Part shown: positions 1 through 9,700 of the stretch, piece by piece | Position numbering within the stretch: the stretch's first letter is position 1 | Layout of the letters: the number at the start of each line of letters is the position of its first letter | NCBI GenBank assembly: GCA_965238075.1 | Contig: OZ250173.1 | Span: 1,440,001 to 1,504,000 of the forward strand | Direction of reading: 5' to 3' | Length of the DNA stretch: 64,000 bases | Source: Candidatus Entotheonellaceae bacterium | GTDB lineage: Bacteria > Tectomicrobia > Entotheonellia > Entotheonellales > Entotheonellaceae | Position numbers and translations under genes: made by a program | The notes under the pieces: model-generated | Seen by the model: the letters and a program-made list of their open reading frames with translations, nothing else | Told to the model about the DNA's origin: nothing | The model's database searches: none

Positions 1-583
1 CCTTCCCTGGTTGGGACTTGCAGGTCTGCGCGCCGGGCGCCAGCTCGCTCAGGGTGGCCGCCTCGGGCAGCAATACCTCCAGACCGGCGTCCTTGAGGGC
101 CGTTTCGTCGATAGCGGTGCGCCAGAAGGTCTTGGTCGTCCGGTCCGGACGCACGACCCGCGCCACCCAGATGCCTTGCTGAACCCCTTGCACCACGGTA
201 TCGAGGATTTCCCTGTGGCGCAGCATCTTGGGCAGCTTGGGGAACTGCGCAAAGGCGCCCACGAGATGCTTGACCCGCCGGGAGGGCTCTCCCTCCCGCC
301 ACAAGTCGTAGGGGCCGCCCAGCAGCATCGCTTCCGAGCTGATAGCGGTTTCCTGGATGCGGGCTCGCTTGTCGGCCTTGATCGTGGTGAGCAAGGGCGC
401 GTCGTCCACCACGACCTTGAAGGCGTGGACGTCATTACTCTCATTATGCCTGAGCGTAATGAGGGTACGGGCCTTGCCACCGCCGTAGTTGACCGACAGC
501 TTCCGGTACGCCTTGTCGTTTCGGCCGGCCAAGCGCAGGGCCACGTCCTTGACCAGTTCCCGCAGATTGTAAGTGGGATACAT
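1..583 (-). pseudogene. DUF499-family AAA+ ATPase remnant, internally deleted, runs off the window start
   Basis: Manual translation from ATG 583 gives MYPTYNLRELVKDVALRLAGRNDKAYRKLSVNYGGGKARTLITLRH, a DUF499-like N-terminus with Walker A GGGKT degraded to GGGKA. It joins directly to HAFKVVVDDAPLLTTIKADKRARIQETAISSEAMLLGGPYDLWREGE, which resembles a much more C-terminal part of the family. Confidence 0.65.
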
Positions 584-635
584 GACGTCCTCTTGCAGGA
601 AGCGGTGGATGATCGGTGGCCGCTGACCTGGATTG

Positions 636-1373
636 CTACTTTGTGATCTCGGCCAGCCAGGCAATGTCGTTCAGGTCGTTCCAGGCAACGCGGTCGGCGC
701 CGATTCCGCACGCGTCGAGATTGGACAGCAGGCTGTCCTGCGTCCAGCGGGCGGACCAGAAGCCTTCCGCGGTCGCCACGAATCGGGACCCGCCGCCGCG
801 CGGTGTGACGACGTGCTGCCCCGTGTGCTCGTAGAAATCGCCCTGCGCCGTCTCGGCCTCGGGGACGTCCTTGTACAGGGTGAGGAACATGGAACCGCCG
901 GCCTTCAGTGCCCGGTAGAAACGGGAGATCACGTCGATAAAGCGCGGATTGCGGTCGAGATAGGCGTCGCTGTACAGGCTGAGGTCGTCGGATTTGTCCC
1001 GGATGTTGCCGGCAGTGAAGTACAGGCAGAGGATAACATCGTAGAATGCCTCCTCGACGGCGGCCTGCGCGGCGTCGCCCACGAAAATCCGCGCGTTGTC
1101 GGGGCGCGCGTTGCGCCACAACTCGCGGGCGGCCTCGGCCATGAGCGGCGATATTTCAAAACCGTGGTACAGGCGGGCGACTGGCGCCAACAGCACCGCA
1201 TGATAGCCATTGCCGCAGCCGATGTCGGCAATGTTGTACGGGCCCTGCCGAAGCTGCTGGCCGAGTATCCGGTCCTGCCGCTGCCGCGCCTCTCTTATCG
1301 GAGCGGGGCAGTATGACGACTCTATCGTTCGTTGCAGGGCTTCGTTTTCGGACTCAAGCGATATGGTAGGCAC
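636..1373 (-). CDS. Class I SAM-dependent methyltransferase
   Basis: Motif I IADIGCGNG, acidic residue in GFEIS, FVGDA and YDVILC; upstream GGAGG RBS. Confidence 0.85.
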   Translation of the reverse strand: MPTISLESENEALQRTIESSYCPAPIREARQRQDRILGQQLRQGPYNIADIGCGNGYHAVLLAPVARLYHGFEISPLMAEAARELWRNARPDNARIFVGDAAQAAVEEAFYDVILCLYFTAGNIRDKSDDLSLYSDAYLDRNPRFIDVISRFYRALKAGGSMFLTLYKDVPEAETAQGDFYEHTGQHVVTPRGGGSRFVATAEGFWSARWTQDSLLSNLDACGIGADRVAWNDLNDIAWLAEITK

Positions 1374-1544
1374 GTCATTCCTCCTGGATACAGGTTCGTG
1401 TGGATGCTCAGGCTACAGCCGTTCATGATTGATCAGCAACCATGTCATGTGGGCCTCATGATCCAATTTGGACAGCGGCTTCGAGTCGCCGGGCCAGGGC
1501 GTCAAAATCCTCGGGGCATTTCTGCCGGATGGCGTCGATCCGGC

Positions 1545-1666
1545 GTGCTGCCGTCGGCCAGTAGCGCCTGTGCACGACTTTGCCAAGACAGGGCCAGTCG
1601 GTCAATCAACGCCGTTGGGAGCGTCAGATGACCGGTGAAGCCGGTGTCGATGATGGCCTCAATGCC
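1545..1666 (-). pseudogene. Clan AA (retropepsin-like) aspartic protease fragment
   Basis: Manual translation GIEAIIDTGFTGHLTLPTALIDRLALSWQSRAQALLADGS has the DTG catalytic motif and the LADG flap; no start and no C-terminus. Confidence 0.7.
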
Positions 1667-1674
1667 ACCTCCCC

Positions 1675-2175
1675 GTCAACGCCGCGGCGTGTTGGCGCGA
1701 GGCTTCCATCCCGAGCAGAACCGGGTAAGTCGCCTTGCCGTGCTACGCGTCCCGCCCGACCCGTTTGCCCAGCGCGGCGCTGTCGCCTTCCACGTCCAGG
1801 CCGTCGGCGGCGATCTGGAACGCCAGTCCGATGGCCTGCCCGTAGCGTTTTAGCGCCTCCAACTGCACCGCCGAACCGCCGCCGAGCAAACCGCCGATGG
1901 TGACGGCTGCGCCGATCAGGGCAGCGGTCTTGTGGCGGTGGATATATTCGAGCACGTCGAGCGACACCTTCCGGCCTTCCGAGGCCATGTCTACAATTTG
2001 GCCCCCCACTATGCCGGAGCAGCCCGCCGCGCGCGCCAGACAGTGCGTGGCTTCCAGCAACACGGCGGGGGCAAACCGCGTCGCCAAGTCGGGTCATGAC
2101 TTCGAACGCGTAGGTCAGCAGGGCGCCGGCGGCGAGGATGGCCACTGCTTCGCCGAAAACTTTGTGGCTGCGGAG
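1675..2175 (-). pseudogene. ispA: Polyprenyl diphosphate synthase (IspA-like) fragment with frameshift and internal stop
   Basis: HKVFGEAVAILA in one frame, then GGQIVD..HRHKTAALI..GLAFQIAADGLDVEG (second DDxxD degraded), TAG at 1743-1745, then HGKATYPVLLG. Confidence 0.8.
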
Positions 2176-2179
2176 AGGA

Positions 2180-3195
2180 CCGTGATAGTGACCATCAGAC
2201 CGAGCGTTCGGCTGAGCTCGAATCCCGATGAGGCGAATACCAGGAAGCATGGTCCAGAGCGCGCGGCCTACGCTGCGAAAGGTGGCGCGCACGGCTTCAG
2301 GCGACGCCGTGCATGTTCTTGTTCAGACGCTTCATGATGTCAGACGCTTCATGATGTCCGAAAACGCCTGGACGTGGGTGACTTCGGGTTGCCCTCGGTA
2401 CCATTCGGCGAAGGCATCGACCGCGCGCAGATAATGGGGGTCGGAGACACCGCCTTCGCGCCCCGCGCTCAGCGAGTATTCCAGGGTTTCCATGCCGGTC
2501 AGGTTGTCGATGACGAAATCCGTATCGTGCCGAAACTCGTAACGCTCGCCGAAGTACTTCGGCCAATTGTCGGTGAATTCGATGCGAGGGATGCCAATGA
2601 TCAGAACGATTGTCACAAGGGCGGCGAACCAGAGTATGGGGGTGCGGCGCGCCACGGCGAAGGCGCTGAATCGGTCGAAGAAGACAGATTCTCCTTCGCG
2701 GGCGGGACGTGCCCGCAATGGCAAAACCGAAAGCAAGGCGGGTAGGAGGGCCATGGAATGGACAAAAGCGCAGAGCACGCCGAACGCCACGAGATTGCCG
2801 AGGTGAGAAACACCGGCCAGGCATTGTTGTGGAGGGATTCCGTAAGGGCGGTGTTCTTGTCCAGACCACGACGCATGCCGAAGATAAAGGCCGAAACAAT
2901 GTGGACCGAGTCCGCGATGGCCACCGTCATCACGATGATCGGCACACCGGAATTGGCGGGATTGAACACCGTGCCGACCCAGCCGGCGAATCCCACGGTG
3001 GTGTTGATGACGAACATGAGCGCCGCAACGATGGCCAGGGTGCCGAATACCGAACGTAGAAGGCCGGCGCTGGCGACAATAATGAGGAGGAGCACGACCG
3101 GCGTCAGGGTCTGCATCTCGTTCTGTGTGGTGTCGGTAAAGGCGCGGTTTATGACGGCATCGCCGGTCAGGTAGTAGGCGACGTCCGGGTGGCTC
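2180..3195 (-). pseudogene. MMPL/RND-family transporter fragment with frameshifts and internal deletions
   Basis: PIIVMTVAIADSVH, AWPVFLTS, LGNLVAFG, DIMKRLNKNMHG and FASSGFELSRTLGLMV segments lie in different frames; 17-bp tandem duplication at 2324-2357. Confidence 0.8.
2324..2357. repeat. 17-bp perfect tandem duplication CAGACGCTTCATGATGT x2
   Basis: Copies at 2324-2340 and 2341-2357; it frameshifts the MMPL remnant. Confidence 0.95.
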
Positions 3196-3325
3196 GCGCG
3201 CGCGTCATCTCCCCTGCCATCACCAGGGATTCCTTGTTCGTCAGCGCCACATTCAACCCGGACTGAACAGCGTGCAGGGTCGGCCGCAGCTCGATAGAGC
3301 CGACAACCGCCGACATCGCCAAGCG
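3195..3325 (-). pseudogene. dxr: 1-deoxy-D-xylulose-5-phosphate reductoisomerase fragment
   Basis: MSAVVGSIELRPTLHAVQSGLNVALTNKESLVMAG matches the Dxr AIVG..GL.PT..A....ALANKESLV.AG block. Confidence 0.8.
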
Positions 3326-3443
3326 AACACACCGGGATACACGGTGGCGCGGCACAATCCGTCCAAGAATGGCGCCTTACACGGCGCACCCGACAATAAA
3401 CAATCAGGGAAATCTATGCGGGGTGCGAGGCTCCATCGCCGTT

Positions 3444-4319
3444 TTACAACGGTATGGGCATGACGTCCACCGCGACCTCCATGGTGTGGTTGCCGCCGCC
3501 GAGGAAGACGCCTTTGATGGGACTGACGTCGCCGTAATCGCGGCCGATGGCGACGGTGATGTGGCGGTCGGAGGGCCACATGTTGTTGGTGGGATCCACG
3601 TCGACCCAAGCGTGGCCGGGGCAGTAGACGGAGAGCCAAGCGTGCGAGGCTTCGGCGCCGATGAGCGGGTTGGGGCCGGACGACTGGGTGACGAGGTAGC
3701 CGCTGACGTAGCGGACGGCCAGGCCGAGGACGCGCAGGCAACCGATTTGCAAATGCGCGAAGTCCTGACAGACGCCGCGGCGGTGACGCATGACGTCGCC
3801 CAGCGGCGTGTTGACCGCGGTGGCTCCGGGGTCGTAAGTGAACTCGGCGTGGATGCGTTCGGTGAGGTCCCGGACCGCTTCGAGCAAGGGCCGCCGAGGG
3901 GTGAAGGACGATTCGGCGTACGCCAGCAATTCCGGGCTGGCCGCCACGTACGGGGAATCGAACACGAATTGAACCGCCTCCAGTCCCTCGGCGCTGCGGT
4001 CGTGACGCAGGCCGTCGCGCACGTCTTCCCACGCCGCCGAGACCGCCAGCGGCGGCAGCTCGAGCGGCGTTATCTCGACGATGCTGTTGGCCGTCATGGT
4101 CAGCGCCCAGTGCGGCTCTTGCAGGGTGAAGAAGGTCACCGGATTGCCGAAATAATCCCCCGACCGGCTCACCACCGGGGCTTCGGGGAACAACAGCAAT
4201 TCGTGGAATGAGCACGTCTGATGGCGGCACTGGCGCGGGCACAGGTGCAGCTTGTTGTGGCACACCGACACCGCGCTGGAGTAGGCATACGTCGTGGTAT
4301 GTCGCACGCGGTAGCGCAT
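3444..4319 (-). CDS. Transglutaminase-like protein with bacterial transglutaminase N-terminal domain
   Basis: YRVRHTTTYAY N-terminus; catalytic triad GVCQDFAH / SHAW / DVDPTN; GRDYGDVSPIKG. Confidence 0.95.
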   Translation of the reverse strand: MRYRVRHTTTYAYSSAVSVCHNKLHLCPRQCRHQTCSFHELLLFPEAPVVSRSGDYFGNPVTFFTLQEPHWALTMTANSIVEITPLELPPLAVSAAWEDVRDGLRHDRSAEGLEAVQFVFDSPYVAASPELLAYAESSFTPRRPLLEAVRDLTERIHAEFTYDPGATAVNTPLGDVMRHRRGVCQDFAHLQIGCLRVLGLAVRYVSGYLVTQSSGPNPLIGAEASHAWLSVYCPGHAWVDVDPTNNMWPSDRHITVAIGRDYGDVSPIKGVFLGGGNHTMEVAVDVMPIPL

Positions 4320-4326
4320 GGCCGCC

Positions 4327-6888
4327 TCAGCCGCCCGTCAGGGCGAGATGCCGCGTCAGTTCGGCGTGGCTCAAATAGCGATGCGTGATGGTATCCGAGA
4401 GCCCTGAAAAGTCCGCCTGAAGCTCTGCCAACGCCGTTTCCAGATGCCCGCGCCGCCCGTTCCGACCGATCTGGCACAGCACCTCGACCTCTGCCAGACG
4501 CAGCCGCGTGAGCATGGCCATCACCCGCCGTTGGGCCGGGCTCAAGGACGGCATGGCGTGGTCGCGCGGCAGGCGTTCGACGTGGTCGGCAAGCCGCACC
4601 AACTGGTAGACCACGGCGCGCGGATTGGAGTCGTCGGTGAGCAGCAGGTCCAGCACGGGCACGCATTGCAGCGTCGTGAGGTAGCGCGAGCGGTAGGTGA
4701 TCGAGCTGTCGCCGATCTCCAGCAGCGCCTCCAGTATCGACCCCTCCCGGTCGTCCGCATCGACGAGCGTGCTGCGCAGCAGGCCAGTGGTGTGCGCGGC
4801 ACGCTCCAGCCGCCGCCCGAGGTCCAGAAAATGCCACTCCGGGCCGCGAATCATGTTTTCTTCCATGAGGCCGCTGAAAGCCGACAGCATCATGATGGTG
4901 TGATCGATCAACGCCAGAGCGTCGGGCAGGCGTTCGACGTGATTGGCAAGCGGACGCCGGTTGAAGTCCTCGTCCAGGCGCGTGATGATGCGCCACGATT
5001 CGAGGGTCATGTAATCCCGCACCGTGGCCGCCACGCGATGCAGGGTGCCGAGGATGGCACGCACGCTGTGGGCGGCTTGCGGATCGAACAGGATCGTGAA
5101 TAGCGCCGCCGCCCGCGAAGCCAGGTCGTCCGGCTGATTCCCTGGGATTGTCAGGTGGCCAAACCCCCAGGTCTGCGCAGCGCGGAACAGCACGGGGAAC
5201 GCCGTGCTGCTTTTCAGCCCGGATTCGTCGTTGAGGCGGATCAACAGACTGCGCAGCAGGCGCACCAGCCCTTCGGCGCGCTCGCTGTGGCGGCCGATCC
5301 AGAACAGATTGTCGGCCGCGCGGCTGGGGAAGTCGTAACCGCTGCGGCGCAGCGCAATGGGCTGACCGGCCGGCGGCAGCAGCGTCAGGGTGTCGGGCTG
5401 GCCCTCGCACAGCACCCAGGTATCCTTGCTGCCGCTGTCGCTCTGCATCGATATGACCGGTGGGCCGTCGTTCGCCGAAACCCGCGTCAGGCCGCCCGAC
5501 ATGACCTTGTACGTGTCCCGCGCGGCCACCGCGTATGTGCGCAGAACCGTCTGCCGCGGTTGCACCCCGACGCCGTTCCACGCCGGCAGACTGGACAGCG
5601 ACAGACGTTGCTGGGCCGCGTATTCGCAGGGCCGCGCGCGCACCATGTCGACCATCTCACGCCGCTCGTCGCGACTCAGCCGATCGCCCCGCACCATGTC
5701 CCGCCCAGCGCCGGAGCGCATCGGCATGACCACGAGTTCCTCCACATGGTCCAGCACGTATGCCAGACTGTCCGCGTCCCCGCACCACCACGTCGGCGCT
5801 GACGGCAAGGCCAGTTCCTCGTCCAGCAGACGGCGGCACAGGGCGGGGAGAAACGGCATCAGCGCGGCGCTTTCCAGCCAGCCGCTGCCCAGCGCGTTGA
5901 CGACACTGACGTTGCCGGCCCGCACCGCTTGCAACAGGCCCGCGGTGCCGAGCAGCGATGCCTGATTCAGCTCGAGCGGATCGCAGAACGTGTCGTCCAG
6001 CCGCCGCAAGATGACGTCCACCGGCTGCAGGCCGGCCAGTGTTTTGAGATAGACGCGCTCGTCGCGCACCGTCAGGTCGCCGCCCTCGACCAGGGTGTAG
6101 CCGAGGTAGCGGGCCAGGTAGGCGTGCTCGAAGTAGGTCTCGTTGTACGGCCCGGGGGTCAGCAGCACGATGCGCGGGTTGTCGCGGTGGCGTGTCGCCA
6201 CGTCGTGCAGCGTCTGCCGCAGGGCCGCAAAGTATGATGCCAGCCGCTGTACCTGGCAGTCCCGCAGCGCCTCGGGCAGGATGCTCGACAGCACTTGGCG
6301 ATTCTCCAGCGCGTAGCCGGACCCCGCCGGGCTTTGGGCGCGGTCGGCCAGCACCCACCAATGCCCGTCCGGGGTGCGCGCGAGGTCGGCGGCGTAGACG
6401 TGCAGATAACAGTCGTTGGGTACGGTCAGGCCGTGGCAGGGCCGCAGAAAGCCGGCATGCGCGAACACCAGTTCCGGTGGCAGCAGCCCTTCGGCGAGCA
6501 GGCGTTGCGGGCCGTACACGTCTGCCAGCATGGCGTTCAGCAGCCGCGCCCGCTGCGCCAGGGCGGCTTCCAGGCACGCCCACTCCGCTGGCCCGATGAC
6601 CCGCGGCAGCGGGTCCAGCTCCCACGGGCGCTCCATGCCCCGTGCGTCGTCATACACGTTGTACGTGACGCCGTTTTCGTGAATCATCCGGCGCGCCTGC
6701 TGCCAGCAGTGCGCCAGTTCCCCTTGGCCCATGGCCTCGAGCGTTTGAACCACCTTCCGCCAATGCGGACGCGGCTCGCCGTCCCCGGCAAACGTCTCGT
6801 CGTACGATCCGGTCGGCGCGCTATAGCCGGCAAACAGGCCGCTACGCACCGCCCCCGCTGCCTCGCGTGTCGTGACGTGATGAGTCAT
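4327..6888 (-). CDS. Circularly permuted type 2 ATP-grasp protein fused to an alpha-E domain
   Basis: LLTPGPYNETYFEHAYLARYLG, RRLDD.FCDPLEL, GGLTRV, SKDTWV, then alpha-E (SRAADNLFWIGRHSERAE, GRRLERA). Confidence 0.95.
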   Translation of the reverse strand: MTHHVTTREAAGAVRSGLFAGYSAPTGSYDETFAGDGEPRPHWRKVVQTLEAMGQGELAHCWQQARRMIHENGVTYNVYDDARGMERPWELDPLPRVIGPAEWACLEAALAQRARLLNAMLADVYGPQRLLAEGLLPPELVFAHAGFLRPCHGLTVPNDCYLHVYAADLARTPDGHWWVLADRAQSPAGSGYALENRQVLSSILPEALRDCQVQRLASYFAALRQTLHDVATRHRDNPRIVLLTPGPYNETYFEHAYLARYLGYTLVEGGDLTVRDERVYLKTLAGLQPVDVILRRLDDTFCDPLELNQASLLGTAGLLQAVRAGNVSVVNALGSGWLESAALMPFLPALCRRLLDEELALPSAPTWWCGDADSLAYVLDHVEELVVMPMRSGAGRDMVRGDRLSRDERREMVDMVRARPCEYAAQQRLSLSSLPAWNGVGVQPRQTVLRTYAVAARDTYKVMSGGLTRVSANDGPPVISMQSDSGSKDTWVLCEGQPDTLTLLPPAGQPIALRRSGYDFPSRAADNLFWIGRHSERAEGLVRLLRSLLIRLNDESGLKSSTAFPVLFRAAQTWGFGHLTIPGNQPDDLASRAAALFTILFDPQAAHSVRAILGTLHRVAATVRDYMTLESWRIITRLDEDFNRRPLANHVERLPDALALIDHTIMMLSAFSGLMEENMIRGPEWHFLDLGRRLERAAHTTGLLRSTLVDADDREGSILEALLEIGDSSITYRSRYLTTLQCVPVLDLLLTDDSNPRAVVYQLVRLADHVERLPRDHAMPSLSPAQRRVMAMLTRLRLAEVEVLCQIGRNGRRGHLETALAELQADFSGLSDTITHRYLSHAELTRHLALTGG

Positions 6889-6891
6889 GCT

Positions 6892-7860
6892 TCAACCCCC
6901 GCCGCGCCGCTGTCCGCTCACCGGACGCATGGCAAAGAAGGTGTTGGAAATCTCGTCGTCCACCTGGTTGAGCTTGAACTGAAAGCGGTCCAGAAACTCG
7001 TGCAGCCCGACGCCGATGATCTCCTGAATGGCGGCGTAATCCAATTCCGAGCGCAGGCGGCCCAGGCGCTGCTCGGCCTCGTCTCGAAAACTGCCCATGG
7101 GGGTGCCGGAAACGAGGTGCAGCGAGGTTTCCGCTTCCACCAGACAGTAGTGCATGGCACGCGGAAACTCGCGGTCCAGCAGCAGGAAATCCGCCACGCT
7201 GACCGGCGTGATGCGCCCGAACCGCTGGCGGTACATCTCCAGTGCGCTGGCCGACTTGAGCACCGCCGCCCATTGGATGTCGTCCACCGGCGAGCCCACG
7301 TCGCTCGCCTGCGGCAGCAGCATGAAGTATTTCACGTCGAGGATGCGCGAAGTCTTGTCGGCACGCTCGATCAGCCGCCCCAGGCGCCCGAAGTGCCAGC
7401 CCTCGCCGTGCGACATGGTGGCGTCGGTGATGCCGACGAACAGATAGCTGGCGTTCTTCACGTCAGTGAAAAAATCGTGCGGCGTGTCCTGCGCCTGCCG
7501 GGCCGCTCGGCGTACCATGAGGTAGAACTTGTTGACGTGCTCCCACATGTCCGAGGAGATGATTTCGCGCACCGAGCGGGCGTTGTCGCGCGCCGCTTGC
7601 AGGCAGGAGAGGATCGAGTTGGGATTGGCGGTGTCGTGGGTGAGAAAGGTGAAGACGTTCTCCTTGGTGGCCGTCCCGTAGCGCCGGGCGAAGTCGTGGC
7701 GGTCGTCGGTAATGTTGACCAGCGGCTGCCACTGCTCCGGGCTGTCCGGCGACAGGTCGAGCATCAGGTGGAGATTCACGTCGATGAAGCGGGCGACGTT
7801 TTCGGCGCGCTCGATGTAACGGTGCAGCCAGTAGATGGATTCGGCAGCGCGGCTCAGCAT
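6892..7860 (-). CDS. Alpha-E domain protein (DUF403)
   Basis: MLSRAAESIYWLHRYIERAENVAR, ARDNARSVRE, GRLIERADKTSRILDVKY, FPRAM. Confidence 0.95.
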   Translation of the reverse strand: MLSRAAESIYWLHRYIERAENVARFIDVNLHLMLDLSPDSPEQWQPLVNITDDRHDFARRYGTATKENVFTFLTHDTANPNSILSCLQAARDNARSVREIISSDMWEHVNKFYLMVRRAARQAQDTPHDFFTDVKNASYLFVGITDATMSHGEGWHFGRLGRLIERADKTSRILDVKYFMLLPQASDVGSPVDDIQWAAVLKSASALEMYRQRFGRITPVSVADFLLLDREFPRAMHYCLVEAETSLHLVSGTPMGSFRDEAEQRLGRLRSELDYAAIQEIIGVGLHEFLDRFQFKLNQVDDEISNTFFAMRPVSGQRRGGG

Positions 7861-7862
7861 GG

Positions 7863-9304
7863 TCAGTCCCTCGCCAGCACCCAGGTGTCCTTGCTGCCGC
7901 CGCCCTGGGACGAATTGACCACCAACGAGCCTTTTTGCAGCGCGACGCGCGTCAGGCCGCCAGGCAGCACGTAGGGACGGCCGGCGCCGTACAGAATGTA
8001 GGGCCGCAGATCGACGTGGCGGCCTTCCAGCGCGCCATCGACGATCACCGGCGCACGCGACAGCGACAGGGTGGGCTGGGCGATGTAGTTGCGCGGGTTG
8101 GCCTCGATGGCCTCGGCAAACGTCTTGCGTTCCGCGGCCGAGGCGTGCGGGCCGATCAGCATGCCGCAGCCGCCGGATTCGTTGACCGCCTTGACCACCA
8201 GCTCGTCCAAGTGCTCCAGGACGTAACGGCGCTGCTTGTCCTCCCAGCAGACGTACGTCGGCACGTTGGGCAGCACCATGTCCTCGCTCAGGTAGTAGTC
8301 GATCATCTGCGGCACGTAGGCGTACACGGCCTTGTCGTCCGCCACCCCGGTGCCGGGAGAGCGTTGGCCAGCGCCACCCGGCCGGCTTTGTACGCCTGCA
8401 TGAGGCCGGGAACGCCGAGATAGGAATCGGGCCGGAAGGTCAGCGGATCGAGAAAATCGTCGTCGATGCGCCGGTAGATGACATCCACGCGCTGGAAGCC
8501 CTTGGTCGTGCGCATCATGAGGAGGTTATCCACCACTGCCAGGTCGCGGCCCTCGACGAGTTCCACGCCCATCTTCTGCGCCAGGAAGGCGTGCTCGAAA
8601 TAGGCCGAGTTGTAAATGCCGGGCGTGAGCACCACCACCGTGGGATTGGGCACCCCCGCCGGCGCCAGGGACTGCAGCATGTCCAGCAGGCGGCTGGGAT
8701 AGTCGTCCGCCGGGCGCACCTGCGAGACCTCGAACACCTGCGGGAAGGTGCGCTTGAGCACCTGGCGGTTTTCCAGCACGTACGACACGCCGGAGGGGCA
8801 GCGCAGGTTGTCTTCGAGCACGTAAAGCTGCCCGTCGCCGTCGCGCACCAGGTCGATGCCGCTGATGTGGCACCAGATGCCCTGCGGCGGGTTGAGCCCG
8901 ACGCACGGCTGCAGAAAGTTGCGCGCCGACAGGACGAGCTCTTCCGGCACGACGCCGTCCTTGAGGATGCGCTGGGCGTGATAAATGTCGTCAATGAACA
9001 GGTTGAGCGCCTGGATGCGCTGCTTCAGGCCGTCCTCGATGGTGGCCCAGTCCGCCGCGCCGACGATGCGGGGCAGGATGTCAAACGGAAAGATGCGCTC
9101 GGTGCCGGCCTCGTCGCCGTAGACCGTGAACGTGATGCCGAGGTTGAGCAGGTCGCGCTCGGCCGCCTGCTGCCGCCGCACCAGTTCGCCTTCCGGCAGC
9201 GAGGTGACGCGCTCCAGCAGCGGCGCCGCGCCTGGACGAGCCTGCCCATCCTGACGAACCAACTCGTCGTAGAATCGTCCGGTATCGTAGGCCGCGAGCT
9301 TCAT
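7863..9304 (-). pseudogene. Circularly permuted type 2 ATP-grasp protein split by a 2-bp insertion near 8358
   Basis: ORF 8303..9304 ([37 protein letters not shown]) and ORF 7863..8345 ([22 protein letters not shown]) join into [11 protein letters not shown] when one CT is removed from AACGCTCTCCCGGC. Confidence 0.9.
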
Positions 9305-9366
9305 CCGGCGGCTCCCTGTGAACGGCTCCGTAAGGGTAGAATAAGATGGCTGCAGGACAGGAGATA

Positions 9367-9383
9367 AGCAAAAAGTGTACCAG
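9367..9383 (-). promoter_or_regulatory. Sigma-54 (-24/-12) promoter of the ATP-grasp operon
   Basis: Minus strand CTGGTACACTTTTTGCT = TGGYAC-N5-TTGCW with exact GG-N10-GC spacing, about 60 nt upstream of the ATG at 9304. Confidence 0.75.
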
Positions 9384-9491
9384 AAACATCAGAAGCGGGC
9401 CGCACGCCGTCTGCCCGACAATCCCTGGGATTGCCCGTGGAGCCAGCGGCCGGCCCCTAGCCTGCCGACGATACCCATCTGCGAAAACACG

Positions 9492-9503
9492 GACAAATTT
9501 GTC
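9492..9503. promoter_or_regulatory. Perfect palindrome GACAAATTTGTC, candidate enhancer/regulator site
   Basis: 12-bp perfect inverted repeat flanked by two AAAACACG copies, about 110 bp upstream of the sigma-54 motif. Confidence 0.4.
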
Positions 9504-9700
9504 AAAACACGTACGTTATTGCACAATCGGCGGGGGGCACGGTTAGGGTAAGGATTGATGTTCTGGCAACAAGACATGTGCTGAAGGTCTTGGCGACGGT
9601 ATCCCCTGCCGAAGGCATCCGGGGAAGCCGAGTGCCAACAAAGCCGGATTATCCTCAACCTGTGATATGATTCCTCAAACTTCAAGACCTTGGAGGCCCC

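Noticed and set aside
1740-1748. In-frame TAG in ispA as possible recoding
   Set aside because: The fragment also has a frameshift, a degraded DDxxD and no 5' end; simple decay explains it.
6295-7974. 559-aa plus-strand ORF and similar long ORFs opposite real genes (e.g. 28931..30175, 15637..16869)
   Set aside because: Antisense to well-supported CDSs, with no recognisable domains.
9623-9638. Second sigma-54-like TTGGCACT motif on the minus strand
   Set aside because: The -12 element reads TTCC, not TTGC; the sequence is better explained as a hairpin arm.
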